Notes: generated by a model not told the origin, from the letters alone. A DNA stretch of 64,000 nucleotides from Caecitellus pseudoparvulus (GCA_965644315.1 CBFFRQ010000031.1:620001-684000); one strand, 5' to 3'; shown: positions 46,477 through 58,612, numbered from the stretch's first letter. Made by a program: numbers and translations.

Positions 46477-48363
46477 ATGGCCGAGGCTGGTATGTCACGT
46501 CTAGGGCTGGCCATCTGCGTGAGCAAGCGTTTCACTGGCTTTTCGCCGCTTGCCACAGGCTCCACTTCGCCAGCGACAGCGACCGGTGAGCCCACAACAG
46601 AGGAGTGCCAGACACAAGACAGGCCCATTGGCGGGGCAGTGGCCGGAGCTGCTGTTGACGCGGGCGTGGACGCGCCTTTGGCCTTGGGCGGCTCAGCCAC
46701 CGTGACAGGCGAGAGCACGACGCACGGAGATGCCGCCGCCGGTCCAGTCTCGGAGGGCACCGTCAGCGCATCGTACGCGCAAGCCCGCGCGGAGCTTCGG
46801 AACGACCACACAGTGGAGCTCGTCGGCGTCGCTGCGGCGCATGCAGCTGAGGCCATCCTCAAACGCAAGCAGCGGGAGGAAGAGCACAAGCGCCGCCGGG
46901 CAGAAGCTCGGGCCCGGGAGGACGCACTGCGCAAGGCAGTGGCAGCCTGGGAGCGCCTGCTCGCGTCCAAGAAGGGCCTAGATGTGTCCAGTAAGCACCT
47001 GCGCTCCCTGGCGCGGGCGGGTGTGCCGTCTCAACTGCGGGGGCGAGTGTGGTCAGCTCTCATCGGGAACAGTCTACAGGTTACCCCCGAGCTGTTTCAG
47101 ATTTTCAAGCAGCACGCGAGCACTGCTCGTGCCTTGGTGCATCGCGAGCGTGAACTGCTGGCCAGGGAGATGGCTGCTGCTCGACAGAGCGCCCAGGAGC
47201 AGCGTGGCCAGCCTGACCCTGCAGCCGGGGGGGCAGCAGATGCGGTGGGCCAAACGACTGCGTCTCCTGCTGCACCAGGTGAGGCTATGGCAGGAGACGC
47301 AACAGAGGCAGTGTCTGAGGTGGCAGCGGCAGACACGGCATCGGGGTCCAGCGAGGCCGCGTCGCCGGCGTCACCTCGCCAGGGCCGACGCTCGTCACTG
47401 GCAGCGGCACCGGAAGCCACCCTGCTGGGGAAGGAGGGCACAGTGGCCCTCATTGAACTGGACATCCCCCGCACGTTCCCCGACCTGGCCTTCTTCGCGG
47501 CGGGCGGGCCTCTGCACGAGCCGCTGCGGGATGTGCTGGAGGCGTACACATGCTTCCGCCCCGATGTGGGGTATGTGCAGGGCATGTCCTTCCTGGCCGC
47601 CATGCTGCTGTTGAACATGGGCGCGGACCACGCCTTCGCTGCATTCGCGAACCTGCTCTCCTCCAACATCTACTTCGACTTCTTCCGCCTGGACATGGAC
47701 CGCATGCGCGTGCACCTGGCCGCCTACGAGCACCTGCTGGAGGAGAACCTGCCTGCCCTCGCCCAGCACCTCAAGGCGGAGGGTGTGGAGAGCGACCAAT
47801 ACGTCATCAGCTGGCTGCTGACCCTCTTCACGCGCGCCTTGCCGCTGGACACCGCCTGCCGCCTGTGGGACGTGTACCTCGTGCACCGCCAGGCAGACGA
47901 CCTGTTCCTGTGGCGCATCGCCATCGGCTTGTTGACGGTGCTGCAGAGCCGCTTGCTGGGCAAGGACATGGGGGGCATCCTGACCCTGCTGTTCAACGTG
48001 CCCAGCGACGTGACGGCGGAGGACCTGCTGGCTGCCGCCGACAAGGTGCGCCTCACGCGGCGGGGTTTCGACGCCCTCCTGCAGCGCATGCGCAACACCT
48101 TCAACCGGCCCGCACGGGCAGAGCCGGACCCCACTGCCCTCCCGGCTTCCACAGAGGCTGAGCGGGAGGGCGGCTGGCTGGCCGCCCCTGCCTTTGGGGC
48201 GGCCCATGCGGAGGCGGCACCGACAGCGTGCACCCCGACCTCCCCCGGCTCAGGCGGAGGGGACGCCACCCCTGCCGGCAGTGCAGGCGGCGGCTTCTTC
48301 AGTTGGGTGCGGTCCAAGATGGGCGGCGGCGGCGGCGGCGGCGGGGCAGCTGCGTCTGACTGA
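46477..48363 (+). CDS. Rab-GAP TBC domain protein (TBC1D12/14-like)
   Basis: GVPSQLRGRVWSALIGNSLQVTPELF, IELDIPRTFP, FRPDVGYVQGMSF, ACRLWDVY. Start inferred at ATG 46477 with intron 46490-46558. Confidence 0.88.
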   Translation: MAEAGMSRLGLAICVSKRFTGFSPLATGSTSPATATGEPTTEECQTQDRPIGGAVAGAAVDAGVDAPLALGGSATVTGESTTHGDAAAGPVSEGTVSASYAQARAELRNDHTVELVGVAAAHAAEAILKRKQREEEHKRRRAEARAREDALRKAVAAWERLLASKKGLDVSSKHLRSLARAGVPSQLRGRVWSALIGNSLQVTPELFQIFKQHASTARALVHRERELLAREMAAARQSAQEQRGQPDPAAGGAADAVGQTTASPAAPGEAMAGDATEAVSEVAAADTASGSSEAASPASPRQGRRSSLAAAPEATLLGKEGTVALIELDIPRTFPDLAFFAAGGPLHEPLRDVLEAYTCFRPDVGYVQGMSFLAAMLLLNMGADHAFAAFANLLSSNIYFDFFRLDMDRMRVHLAAYEHLLEENLPALAQHLKAEGVESDQYVISWLLTLFTRALPLDTACRLWDVYLVHRQADDLFLWRIAIGLLTVLQSRLLGKDMGGILTLLFNVPSDVTAEDLLAAADKVRLTRRGFDALLQRMRNTFNRPARAEPDPTALPASTEAEREGGWLAAPAFGAAHAEAAPTACTPTSPGSGGGDATPAGSAGGGFFSWVRSKMGGGGGGGGAAASD

Positions 48364-48388
48364 ATGCATCCCGTGCCCCCCCCCTCCC

Positions 48389-51300
48389 TCACAGCAGATC
48401 GCCGCCGTCGTCTGCCACCAGGGCCAGCACATCCAGCGTGACACTGGCCCGCGAGGAGGCCTGGCTGGCCGGCACCGGCGCAGAATCGCTGGCAGTGTCT
48501 GCGCTGGCCGCCAGCTCCGCCGCAGCGGCAGCGTCGCCCCGCCCTGCCTCCCGCTCCAAGGTGTTGCTGGCACTGCCGCCCTGGGACGCCGGTGGGCCCT
48601 CATACCCCGGCAGCTTGTGCAGGTTCACAGACGCATGCTGCACATAGGGAACAGAGTGCAGATCCCCCAGGGCCTCGGCGGCGGCGGCCAGGGGCGGGTC
48701 CACCTCCGTGAGGGTGCTGGCTCCCGCGTACGGCGGCCACTGCGCGCTGAGCCCGACGGCGTCTGCCTCCGTCCCCTCCCGGTCCTTGTGCAGCAGACGA
48801 AAGGTGGCACAGGAGCCACATCCAGCCGCCTGCAGCGCTTCCAGCGTCGGCTCCGCGTACGGCGCGAAGACATCCTTCAGCTCGGCTCCGGAGAAGTTGC
48901 GCCCGGCATCGGCGTCGTCATCCACGACGGCACCCGCCACCTCCCCCTTCCGGATTTGGCGCTGGATGATCTTCTCTTCCAGCGTGCCCACGGTGCAGAT
49001 GCGGTACACGAAGGTGTGCTTGCGCTGGCCGTCGCGCCACACGCGGGCCTCAGCCTGCCGGTCAGTGGCCGGGTTCCAGTCAGCGTCGCACATGAGGAGG
49101 CGGTTCGCCCCGATCAAGTTCAGCCCCGCGCCGCCAGACTTGGACGAGAGCAGGAACAGGAACACAGCCCCGGCCCCCCTCGCCGGCGCGCCGTTGAACG
49201 TGTTCACCAGGGCCATGCGCTTGTCTGAGGAGACGGAGCCGTCCAGGCGCAGGAAGGGGTACCCCCGCGCACCAGCCAGGGTGGCCACAACGTCCAGGAA
49301 CTGGGTGAAGTTGGACACAATGACGCACTTGTCACCCGGGGCGACCTGCCGAATGTGGTGCAGGAAGGTATCCAGGAAGCGCAGCTTGCCGGACCAGGCC
49401 ACAGCTCGGTCCAGGTCGTGTGGGGGAGGGGGGGCGACCACCCCCGCGGCTTCGGCGTCCCGTGGGTGCAGGCTGGCAAGGGCGGCACCTGCCTCGTTGA
49501 AGACGTACTCTGCGGGGTACGCCCCCACCAGGGAAGCGTACACATCGCCGTCGTCGTCAGCGGCGGAGGAGCCCCCCCCTGCGCCCCCCCGTGGAGCGGC
49601 GAAGCCCCCCCTGCCCCGCTTGCGCCCCCCCACAGGCACGCCCCCCTCCAGAACGGCGTCCTCATCATCGCTGCCATCTGACCTGGGCTCATCGTCCTCC
49701 TGCGCAGCCGAGTCTGCTCCGGGGCTGCTGCCCTCCATCGCCACCGCGGCGGCAGCGTTGCCCTCCTGCCCCGGGTGGGAGCAGACCGTGGCAGCCAGGG
49801 CGGCGGACAGCGGCAGGCCCCTGCCTTGGATGGCAGCCGTGACGTCCTCGGACCCCGCGTACACCTGGCCGTACAGCAAGTCGGGGTGGGACATGGCCTT
49901 GCGCAGGGCGTTGATGAGGACGAGGGCGGAGGCGGTGGAGCCCTTGCCGCCCCCAGCTGCCCGCCCAGCCCGGCTGAGGATGCGCCGGACGACGGAGGAG
50001 CCCAGCATGCGCTGGTAGGCCTCCAGCTGCAGCTGGGAGGGCTGCACGAACACGCACACCTCTGTTTTGGGCGGCAGGAACTTCGCCAGCAGCTCGTTGG
50101 TGCGGCGTAGCACGAACTGGCTTGTGATGCGGGCCAGCTCATCGGCGCGCTGCCGCGCCAGCTGCACCTCCGCTGGGCTCGCCCGTGTGTCCCTGCCGTC
50201 CTGGATGGGCTTCGCGAACAGGCGCCGGAACATGGTGGGGTCCCCCAGTTCGGCGGGGTTCACGAAGGAGCACATGGCATAGAACTCCAGCAGGTCATTC
50301 TGCACGGGGGTGCCCGTCAGCAGCACCTTGCGGCGGGTGGGCAGCGCGGCCAGGGCGGCGATGGTCTGGTTCCCGCCGCTGTTCTTCAGTCGGTGCCCCT
50401 CGTCGCACACCAGCAGGCCCACCCGCGCCGACGCCAGCGCCTTGCTGAACTTGCGGCACATCTCGTACGACAGGATGAGCACGGGGTACATGGAGGAGCG
50501 GCCGTGGACGAAGTCGTGCACGACGCCCTCTGCCACTTTGCCCGTCTTCGTCACAGCTGCCGGCTTGCAGCGGGTGCTGCCCAGCCACTTCCCGAACTCC
50601 TTCTTCCAGTTGCCCACCAGGGTGGAGGGACAGGCGATGATGACCTTGGAGGCCAGGCCAGCGCCAGTGACGCTCTGCTTCAGCATGGTGTACACCAGGG
50701 TGATGGTTTGCAGTGTCTTGCCCAGGCCCATCTCGTCTGCCAGGATGCAGCCCTCACCCTTGATGCTCCGCATGCCGGCGCAGCACTCCCACAGGAACTT
50801 CACGCCTTCCCGCTGGTGTGGCCTCAGGACGTTGGCCAGGTGCGGGTCCACCACCACTGGCATCTGGCTGCTGCCGTCTGCCTGCGTGACGCAGCCAGCC
50901 CCTTCGCTGTGTCCCCGCCCCTCCGCGTCAACGCCAGCGCCACTCTCAGCTGCCGCCGCGTGCGCTTCCCCGCCTGCAGGCCACTGCAGCACGAGAGCGC
51001 CAGGGGCGAAGGCATTGAACATTGCCCGCTTGGGGCCCTTGCCTCCACGTGCAAGCACGACGGCCTTGCCGCCCCCCCCAGCCCCCCCCGCTCGAGCAGC
51101 GCTGCCCACCTTGGCTCCCATGCGGGGCCGTTTCGCCGGTGGAGCTTTGCGCGTTGCAGCGCCTGCAGCCGGGCCAGAAGCAGGGGCAGAGCCCAGGAAC
51201 ACCCTACCACTGGAGAACTCCTCTGCAGCCAAGTCCGTCATGGTCTCCAGGTCGTACCGGTTGATGCCCAGGGAGCCACCCGGCACGCGCAGCGACGTGA

Positions 51301-51929
51301 ACTTGCTGTGCTGCTTGGCAATCATTTTTCCTGCGTTTGAGGAGCTCAGCGGCTTGACGCGGGGCAGGGTGAGGCAAGGGTGTGCACTCCCGCCACACAC
51401 CTGTGCTGTCATACAGTTTGGCTGCCCGGCCGTCCTGTGCAGGGTGACCCGCAGTGCGTGCGTGTGCCGTTTCCAAGGCTTGCAACACTTGCGTCGCAAA
51501 GCCTTCAGCCTGAAAGCGCCCCACACGCACCAATTCAAGCACTCCATCCTGGTACCTTCGGTTCTTCTTGGTGTAGGGATCCTTTGTGTACATGACAGTG
51601 TAGTACTTGGAGCCCAGCGGCACCTCTGCGGCGGTGTTGGCGTCCTTTGTTGCCAGGGGGCCGCTGGCTGCGGATTTTGAAGGCGCAGCGCCGGGCAATG
51701 CTGGCACTTTGAAGGATTTGAGCTTCTTCCGCCGCACAGGCTGCGGTGCAGAGGGAGGCACATCTTTGGTCTCAGGCGTTGCTGATGCAAGGGCGGGCTG
51801 GCCTATGGCAGGGGCGGCAGCTTTCGGCTTTGCAGCCGCCGCTGGCGCTGGCGCCGGGCTCGGCCCAGCTCCCAGCGCCCGCGGCGCGCGGAAGCCCTTG
51901 CGGGCAGAAGGAGCGTGTGACCGACGCAT
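48389..51929 (-). CDS. RAD54B: RAD54-family SNF2 translocase (RAD54B/Rdh54-like)
   Basis: Exons 51929-51531, 51434-51401, 51330-48389. MRRSHAPS start, YYTVMYTK..KKNRRYQDGVLEL N-domain, LRPHQREGV, LADEMGLGKT, CDEGHRLKN, TGTPVQN, WNPATDRQAEARVWRDGQ. Confidence 0.88.
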
Positions 51930-51994
51930 GGTGCTAGCGAGTGGCACGTGGCACACCCAACCATATCATGTGGCTGCATTTGATTTGTCGCAGT

Positions 51995-52993
51995 TCAAGC
52001 CTTGCCTGGACGCCAGGACTTCGCCACCAGCTTGCCACTGCCCCGCGCCGCGAAGCCAGAGCCTTCGCTGGCGAGAGGGACGACGTCCCCAGGCCCCAGC
52101 GACGCGCCGTTGATGGGGTCCACCATGCCGCCCTTCACTGCAGCCTCGAAGGCGGAGGCCAGCACGACGGCCGCCGACGGGCGCAGCAGCACTGCCGGCT
52201 GGTGCGTGATGGACTTGCGTGTGATGGCGCAGCAGAACCGCCCCTTGCCGCCTGCCGCCGCCTCGTCCTTGTCCTCCACGTGGAATTTCACAGGCAGCAG
52301 GTCCTTGGCCCTCAGCGGCGCGCCGGTGATGGGCGAGCTGGGGCGGGCCGCCGGGCGTTTCACGCGCGTTGGCGCCGACTCCGGCGCAAAGGACGGCACC
52401 CAGAAACTCGTGGCGGCGACCTCCCTGCGCTTGACGTCCTCATCTCGAAGGTCCACCCGTGCGTGGGCCTGCTGCACAGCTGCCGTGCGCTGGGCAGCCT
52501 CTGCCTCCGCCCGCTCTCGCAGCGTGCGGCCCTGGGCCGCTGCGCCCTCCTCAGGGCTCGCGAACGCTGCCGCCTGCACTGTGCTGGTGCCCACGCCCAG
52601 AACACTGCCTGCTTCCCCGCGCCCCCGCGCCAGCTGTGCTGTGGGGTTGGTTTCCTGGTCGATGAAACTCTGCACGTCCGCTGCGGCGGCGGCCAGCGCA
52701 GCCTCGGAGGTCTCAGCTGCGTCAGCTGCCTGTTGCGCCTTCCACGCAGCTTTCTGCTTCTTCAAGGCAGCCCGCTGGGAGAGGAGGTTCTTGTAGATGC
52801 ACTCCTTGCAGTACATGTGGCCTGAAGGCGAGACCAGTGGCTCCACCGCCCACTGTGTGCAGAGGTAGCAGTGCGCGAAGGGCAGCAGGCTGTCCTTGCC
52901 CAGTCGCACCGAGCGACTGCCCCATGAGAACTTTTTCCTCTCATTGTTGGAGATGAAGGGGGCCGCTGTCGCGTTCTTGCTGTGCTTCGGCAT
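51995..52993 (-). CDS. NOSIP: Nitric oxide synthase-interacting protein (U-box/RING-like)
   Basis: MPKHSKNAT, RLGKDSLLPFAHCYLC, GHMYCKECIYKNLLSQ, SFWVP, GSGFAARG. Confidence 0.92.
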   Translation of the reverse strand: MPKHSKNATAAPFISNNERKKFSWGSRSVRLGKDSLLPFAHCYLCTQWAVEPLVSPSGHMYCKECIYKNLLSQRAALKKQKAAWKAQQAADAAETSEAALAAAAADVQSFIDQETNPTAQLARGRGEAGSVLGVGTSTVQAAAFASPEEGAAAQGRTLRERAEAEAAQRTAAVQQAHARVDLRDEDVKRREVAATSFWVPSFAPESAPTRVKRPAARPSSPITGAPLRAKDLLPVKFHVEDKDEAAAGGKGRFCCAITRKSITHQPAVLLRPSAAVVLASAFEAAVKGGMVDPINGASLGPGDVVPLASEGSGFAARGSGKLVAKSWRPGKA

Positions 52994-53192
52994 GGCGAGG
53001 GGGTCGAAGCAATTTCCGCACGGCAAACGCCTGCGGCGCACTGCCAACGAGGGACTGAGGGTCAAGGCTGCGCAGGTCAGGCAGGCGCAAACCACAAACA
53101 GACGCTGGTGCATTGGGTGGTTGGTGTGTGTGCCGCTGCCGTCGCTGTACAGCAGGGACGGCAGCCACTTACGAGCGAGGCAGCGTTGTGGC

Positions 53193-54209
53193 CTACTTGT
53201 GACCCGCGCTGCCGCCGCCGCCACCTGGTGCCGCGGCGCCGGCAAGTGGCCCACGCTGTCGAATGGTGCCTGTGATGCCGCCTCCTCGTGTGGTCATGGC
53301 AGCAGTCTCCCCTCCGAAGGTCGTGGCGCCCCCCACGCCAGTCGGCGCGTCAGTCTCAGCGGTCAGCTTCAACGCATCAGCTCCCGACTCCAGGCGGTCT
53401 GCGTCTGCCTGGTGCGCCTGCGCGCACTCCTGCAGGAGAGACGTGAACTCCCACGGCTCATCCTCCTCCACCATCTGCGCAGGGCGGCGTGCCGGCGGTG
53501 CGGAGGGGGTGGGCAGCGTGGCAGGGCTCACACCTTCCACGCACCTTCGACGGCGGCACCAGGGCAGAGGTGAGGAGGCTCAAGTCCACGGTCTTGCCGT
53601 AGGCGCCTGAGCGCACCGCTGCCGCTGCCGCCTCAGCGAAGTTGATGTTGTGGTCCAGCTCCGCCATGCTCTGCACCTTGCGTGCGACGTTGCGCGGCGC
53701 CTCAGCCACTGGATCAAGGGGGCGTGGAGGCGTGGGGGGGGGGTGGGTGCTGTGGCGGGCTGGCAGGCGCACACACCCTTGGTGGTCAGGTCTGCCTCCT
53801 CCTCGTCTGCATCGTGGATGATCTCAACACCTGGTCGAGGCGGGGAGGGGGTGGTGAGCAGCAGCGAAGCATCCCCTGATGCCATGCTCGGTGAAACCAG
53901 GCTGGGAAGACCCACCTGAGTCATCCAAGTCGTCGGCAGCGCCGCCGCCGCCTCCGCCAGCGGTTGGACTGCAGGAAACGGCAGGAGAAGGTGAAACGCC
54001 ACCGGGCGCTGTGCCGGCTCGCGCAACGTCAGGACGCACGATCCTTCGGGAAGCACCCGCCTACCGGCATCCTTGCTCTCAGATACGCCCCATCCAGTGC
54101 GTGGTTCGCTGGGTGCACTCGAGCCGCCACCCTGTGCGTGCCTGCGGCGGCCAAAGCTCACACCCTCTGGCGTGCTGGCCACCTCCTCTTCTTCCTCTGG
54201 CGCAGCCAT
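53193..54209 (-). CDS. IFT43: Intraflagellar transport protein 43
   Basis: Multi-exon gene. GRRR..TGWG, EIIHDADEEEADLTTK|VAEAPRN..VQSMAELD, VDLSLLTSALVP, EEDEPWEFTSLLQE. Confidence 0.85.
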
Positions 54210-54517
54210 GCTTGAAACCCAAGCGCGTGTGGCCGGGACTAAACAGGGGCTTACAGGTGTTTGTGTGGGTTTTCGTTTTGACTCCACGTGTCCTGCCACG
54301 CTCGAACACTGTGGTGGCACGTGCCGCTTCCGCACACAACATCCATGACCACGCCCAGATAGCGGTCGGCCCACCCAGGAGCGGCGTTGGGCAGTGCGCT
54401 TGTGCGTGTTACCTCCCTGCGCGTGTGTGCTCCCTGCAAGCTCGCGGCTGGCTGTGCCACGGCAGCGTTGTGAGGCTGCTGCCGCCCCGCTCGGGAGAGC
54501 TCTTTGGCAGCTGCGCG

Positions 54518-55507
54518 ATGGATTTCCTCTCAGCCGAGATTGCGAAGCAGAAGTCTTCCCTTGGAGTTGCCAGGCGCAGTGGCAAGCGCTTCATGCGGCG
54601 AGCCGAGGTTGCAGCGGCTCTCGAAGGGGGTGGCTCAGCCTCAGCCAGCACGCCGTCAGCGAAGCGCGCGCGCCGAGGGGAGGAAGGGGCGGGCAGCGAC
54701 ACGGTAGAGCAAGTGGCCACAAGTGAATTGGGCAGGGCGGTGCTGTCCATGTCCGAGGAGGACGTCAAGGCGGCGCTGAGGCGGTATGGCGCCCCAGTGA
54801 CGCTGTTTGGCGAAACGCAGGCGAAACGGGCGGCTCGCCTGCTGGTCCTGGAGCAGGAAAAAGGCGAAGATACACAGGTGGCCCCGGGGTACGAGTTCTC
54901 CCAGAAGCAGAAGGGGCACGCGTCAGCACCCGATGCCGACTCAGACGAAGAGGGCGGCGACGACGACAGGCAAGGGAGCGGCAGCAAGACAGCCACACAG
55001 CCCATGGACGTGGAGCGCGCCGCACACCGCAGCGACAGCGCTTTCGTGCGGGCCTTTTTCAAGGCCATCTTGAGGCGATGGGAAGCAGAGCTGGATGCGC
55101 GGCCAGAGGCAGAGAAAGCAACTGCCGCTGGCCACGCCGCCACACGAGACGTGCAGCAGGCTCGTGCGTTCATGAAGCCCTTCTTCAAGCTGTGCAAGCG
55201 CGAGAAGGTGAAGCCCAGCATGCTGGAACGCGTGCTGCGCATGGTGCAGCTGTGCAAGCAGCAGGAGTTCGTGAAGGCGGAGCAGGAGTACTTCGACCTC
55301 TCCATCGGCCGGGCTGCGTGGCCCATGGGCGTGACCACCACCGGCATCCACTCCCGAGCCTCCCGCACCAAGCTGCACACGGACAACATCGCGCACGTCA
55401 TGAACGACGAGCGCACGCGGAAGTACATCACCAGCATCCGGCGCCTGATGACGGAATTTGAACGGTGGTACCCCACCGCGCCGAGCCGCATGACGACGCA
55501 CATGTAG
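54518..55507 (+). CDS. PRP18: Pre-mRNA splicing factor 18
   Basis: MDFLSAEIAKQK, PRP4-like motif LRRYGAPVTLFGE, LSIGRAAWPMGVT..GIHSRASR, AHVMNDERTRKYITSIRRLMT. Confidence 0.93.
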   Translation: MDFLSAEIAKQKSSLGVARRSGKRFMRRAEVAAALEGGGSASASTPSAKRARRGEEGAGSDTVEQVATSELGRAVLSMSEEDVKAALRRYGAPVTLFGETQAKRAARLLVLEQEKGEDTQVAPGYEFSQKQKGHASAPDADSDEEGGDDDRQGSGSKTATQPMDVERAAHRSDSAFVRAFFKAILRRWEAELDARPEAEKATAAGHAATRDVQQARAFMKPFFKLCKREKVKPSMLERVLRMVQLCKQQEFVKAEQEYFDLSIGRAAWPMGVTTTGIHSRASRTKLHTDNIAHVMNDERTRKYITSIRRLMTEFERWYPTAPSRMTTHM

Positions 55508-55528
55508 GGCGCCGTCTGTGCAATGCAT

Positions 55529-56590
55529 TTACGCGTTCTTCAGGGTGACAATGAACTCCAGGGTGGCGTTGGGCGGGATGACCCCCGCGCCAGCGCCTGC
55601 CTTGCCGTACCCCAGGTGGGGCGGCACAATCAGCTTGCGCTTGCCACCGACCTTCATGCTGGCCACACCGATGTCCCAACCCTTGATCACCTTGCCCACG
55701 CCCAGGCGGAAGGTAAAGTTGTTGGACGAGTCGAACAGCTTGCCGTTGGTCAGGCGCCCCTCATACGCCACAGTGACCTTCTTGCCAGACTTGGGCGAGC
55801 GGCCCATGCCGGGCTCCAGGTCCACGTACTTCAGGCCGCCCTTGCCAGTCTGTACCTTCTCTGCCTTGCGCGCCTTCTTGGCGGAGGAGGGGGCGCCAGT
55901 GGCGCCTGCTGCAGCGGCAGCCGGTGCCTGCTCCCGGCCACGCTTGGCGCCGCCTGTCGCCTTCTGCTTGCTCTCGGCCGCCAGGGCAGCCGCCACGGCC
56001 GCCTGGGCCGCCTCCTCGCTCTCCTCCTCGCTCTCCTCCTCGCTGTCCTCCTCCTCCTCCTCACCCGCCTGGAAGTCCTCGTCCTCGCTGTCCTCTTCGT
56101 CGCCCTCACCGTCAGCGGCGGCCCGCAGTGCAGCCAGCTCCTCCTTGGCAGCCTCCTCCTCGTCCGACTCCTCATCCAGCAGGTGTGTGAACATGCTCAC
56201 GACGCCCGAGAAGTGCACTGGGGCATCCCCCTCCACCTGCAGCGTGACCTGCCCGTCGTGGTAGTATAGGGCCAGGTCAAGCAGCACCTGCTCTGTGGGC
56301 GTGCCAGCTCGGAGGGTGGCGATGAGGGTCTTGTCACTGCTGGCAGTCTCCACGTAGACACGGCTGACGGCTGAGGCGTTGTCAGTGTCCAGGGCGAGCT
56401 GGGTGATGTGCAAGTGGATGCCTTCCAGGGAGAACTGCACGGGGCCGTCCGAGGGCTCCAGCTTGAAGCCGTGGAAGTGCTGCTCAGTGGGCTCATCACC
56501 ATCTGCGTCGTCAACGATGGCCTTGTCCAGTGCGTCCTCGTCGGTGGGGAACTCCTCCGCGTCGGCGAAGACCTTGGAAGAGGACGACAT
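55529..56590 (-). CDS. Nucleoplasmin-like FKBP histone chaperone (Fpr3/Fpr4/FKBP39/FKBP53-like)
   Basis: NPL domain (FHGFKLEP, LHITQLAL, PVHFSG), acidic tract, C-terminal FKBP (YEGRLTNGKLFDSS, VIKGWDIGV, IPPNATLEF). Confidence 0.9.
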   Translation of the reverse strand: MSSSSKVFADAEEFPTDEDALDKAIVDDADGDEPTEQHFHGFKLEPSDGPVQFSLEGIHLHITQLALDTDNASAVSRVYVETASSDKTLIATLRAGTPTEQVLLDLALYYHDGQVTLQVEGDAPVHFSGVVSMFTHLLDEESDEEEAAKEELAALRAAADGEGDEEDSEDEDFQAGEEEEEDSEEESEEESEEAAQAAVAAALAAESKQKATGGAKRGREQAPAAAAAGATGAPSSAKKARKAEKVQTGKGGLKYVDLEPGMGRSPKSGKKVTVAYEGRLTNGKLFDSSNNFTFRLGVGKVIKGWDIGVASMKVGGKRKLIVPPHLGYGKAGAGAGVIPPNATLEFIVTLKNA

Positions 56591-57011
56591 GGTGACTGCG
56601 GTAATTGGATCTGCGTGGCGCGGAGAGAACAGGCCAGTCATCACGTGGGAAAGCAGTGACACGCCCACCACACGCGGCGAAGACAAGGTGGAATGCCATA
56701 TGCAGTTCCAGTGCCGGTTCTGACCGGTAGGTCTGCACTTTGGCTGCTACACGGGTGCCACATTGGAAGGGCAGCGTTTCGTGTTCCCAACTCACCTAGC
56801 TTGTGTCTACGCTTGAAGGCGTCAATTGCGCGTCGGGCGCGGGAATGGCAGTCCTACACTGTGGGTAGCAGGCATAGTCTTTGCAGGTGCGGTGGTTTGT
56901 GTCGTTTCCCCCTCCCCTGTCCCTGTACGTCATCACGATCATGCATTGCTCAAACGACGTGCACAGGCAAGCCACGGCAGCAGGGTGCGTGTGGCGCGCC
57001 AGGGCGGCGCC

Positions 57012-58433
57012 TTACTCAGCCCGGCTGCGGCTGCGGCTCTTGCGGCCAGCTTGGCCCTTGGCTCCGGGCTTCACAGCCACGAACTGAAGCATGGGCGTGA
57101 AGATGCCCAGCTGCCCAGCCTCGTACAGCGTGGACGCACCCGTGGAAAGGTTGGTGTGCATCTCAGCGGTGCCCTTGGGGGCCAAGCCCACCAACTCCAT
57201 GGCAGAGACGGCCAAGTTGGTCAGCAAGATGCCAACAGGGGTGGTCTTGAAGCCCTGCACGGTGTACTCGGGCACGAAGGGCTGGTACCAGGGCACCTGG
57301 GAGGTGGGGGCCAGGTCCACGCAAGACTTGACCTCGAAGCCAGCAGCAGTGAGCGCATCCACGACATCTGACGCAGGCGTGGTGGTGGGCAAGCCGTTCC
57401 CCAGCTCAATGCCGTCCATGATCTTCTTGTGCTCAGGGTTGCTGGCGTCGTACTTGTCGGTGAACACCCACTCGTACCCAGCGAAGGTGGCGCCTGGCTT
57501 GAGCACCTTGAACACTTCTGAGAAGCACTTGGTGCGGTCGGGGGCGTGGCAGGTGGCCTCGATGGCGTACGCTCCGTCGAAGCTCTCTTCGGGCATGTCG
57601 ATGTCCATGAAGTTGCCCTTCACCAGCTGCACCTTGTCGGCGACGCCCTCGGCGGCAGCGATGGCGTTGCCTCGCTTCACCTGGTAATCGTTGTTGTTCA
57701 GGCCCACCACAGACACGTCGGCGAAGCGGGAGATGTTGCGGGCGGGCCCCCCCACGCCACAGCCGACGTCCAGGACGCGATCTCCAGCCTCCAGCTGCAT
57801 TCGGTTGGCCAGGGAGTACTCGTGGCGGCGAATGGACTCAGGCAGGGTCTCCTCGGGGTAACGCGTGGCAAAATGGAAAGACTGCCCCCAGCCGAACATG
57901 TAGAAGTCCGTAGAGAGGTCGTAGTAGTCGTTCACCATGTTGAACGTGTCCTTCAAGCGCTCGTCCAAGTTACCACCACCAACTGTGTGAGTCTTCGTGT
58001 AGCCAGAGGAGCGCTCCTTGGAAGAGGACACGCGGGAATTCAAGTCAAAGAGAGATTGGGTATGGGAGTAGCCATTGCTGCCTCGCAGCTGCGCGTGGAG
58101 GAGTGCAAGGGGTCAAAGTGCAGGTTGGCGGGGTGGCTATGAAAAGTCCCGACGCTGCTGCATGGCATGGAAGCCGACCCGAAGAGGGCGCCTTCCCAGC
58201 CCACTTCAATGCTGTCACTCACCAGGGCAGCAACAACCTGCAGAGATGCTGCAACTGTCACAACGGCGGCAACCTGGGCAGCACAGCAGCAGAGGTGCAT
58301 GTGGCGGAGCATCTTGGGTGAGGTTCGTGGTGGGCAGCACGGGGCTCTGCTGGGAGGCACTTACAGTCGCCAGGGCAGGGTTCGCTGCCGCCCAGACGAG
58401 GGCCTCGTTGAAAGCAGAGGCCAGTGCAAGCAT
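57012..58433 (-). CDS. SMT1: Sterol 24-C-methyltransferase
   Basis: VNDYYDLSTDFYMFGWGQSFHF, VLDVGCGVGGPAR, GLNNNDYQ, YAIEATCHAP, YEW, IELGNGL. Two small 5' exons add a hydrophobic N-terminus. Confidence 0.93.
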
Positions 58434-58612
58434 GGTTGTCGAGTTATCCGGGGTGGGTGCTTGGAATGGCGAACAGCGGGGCTGTGCGGAATTCGGGCAG
58501 GAGTGGCTGTGGCAGGTGCAATGCGTCAGCGGGGTGTGCTAACGGAACACTGGAGTCAGGCGAAAGTGACCAAGGTGGAGGCAAAGCTGCCATGCCACGG
58601 AGACGGCCTGCA

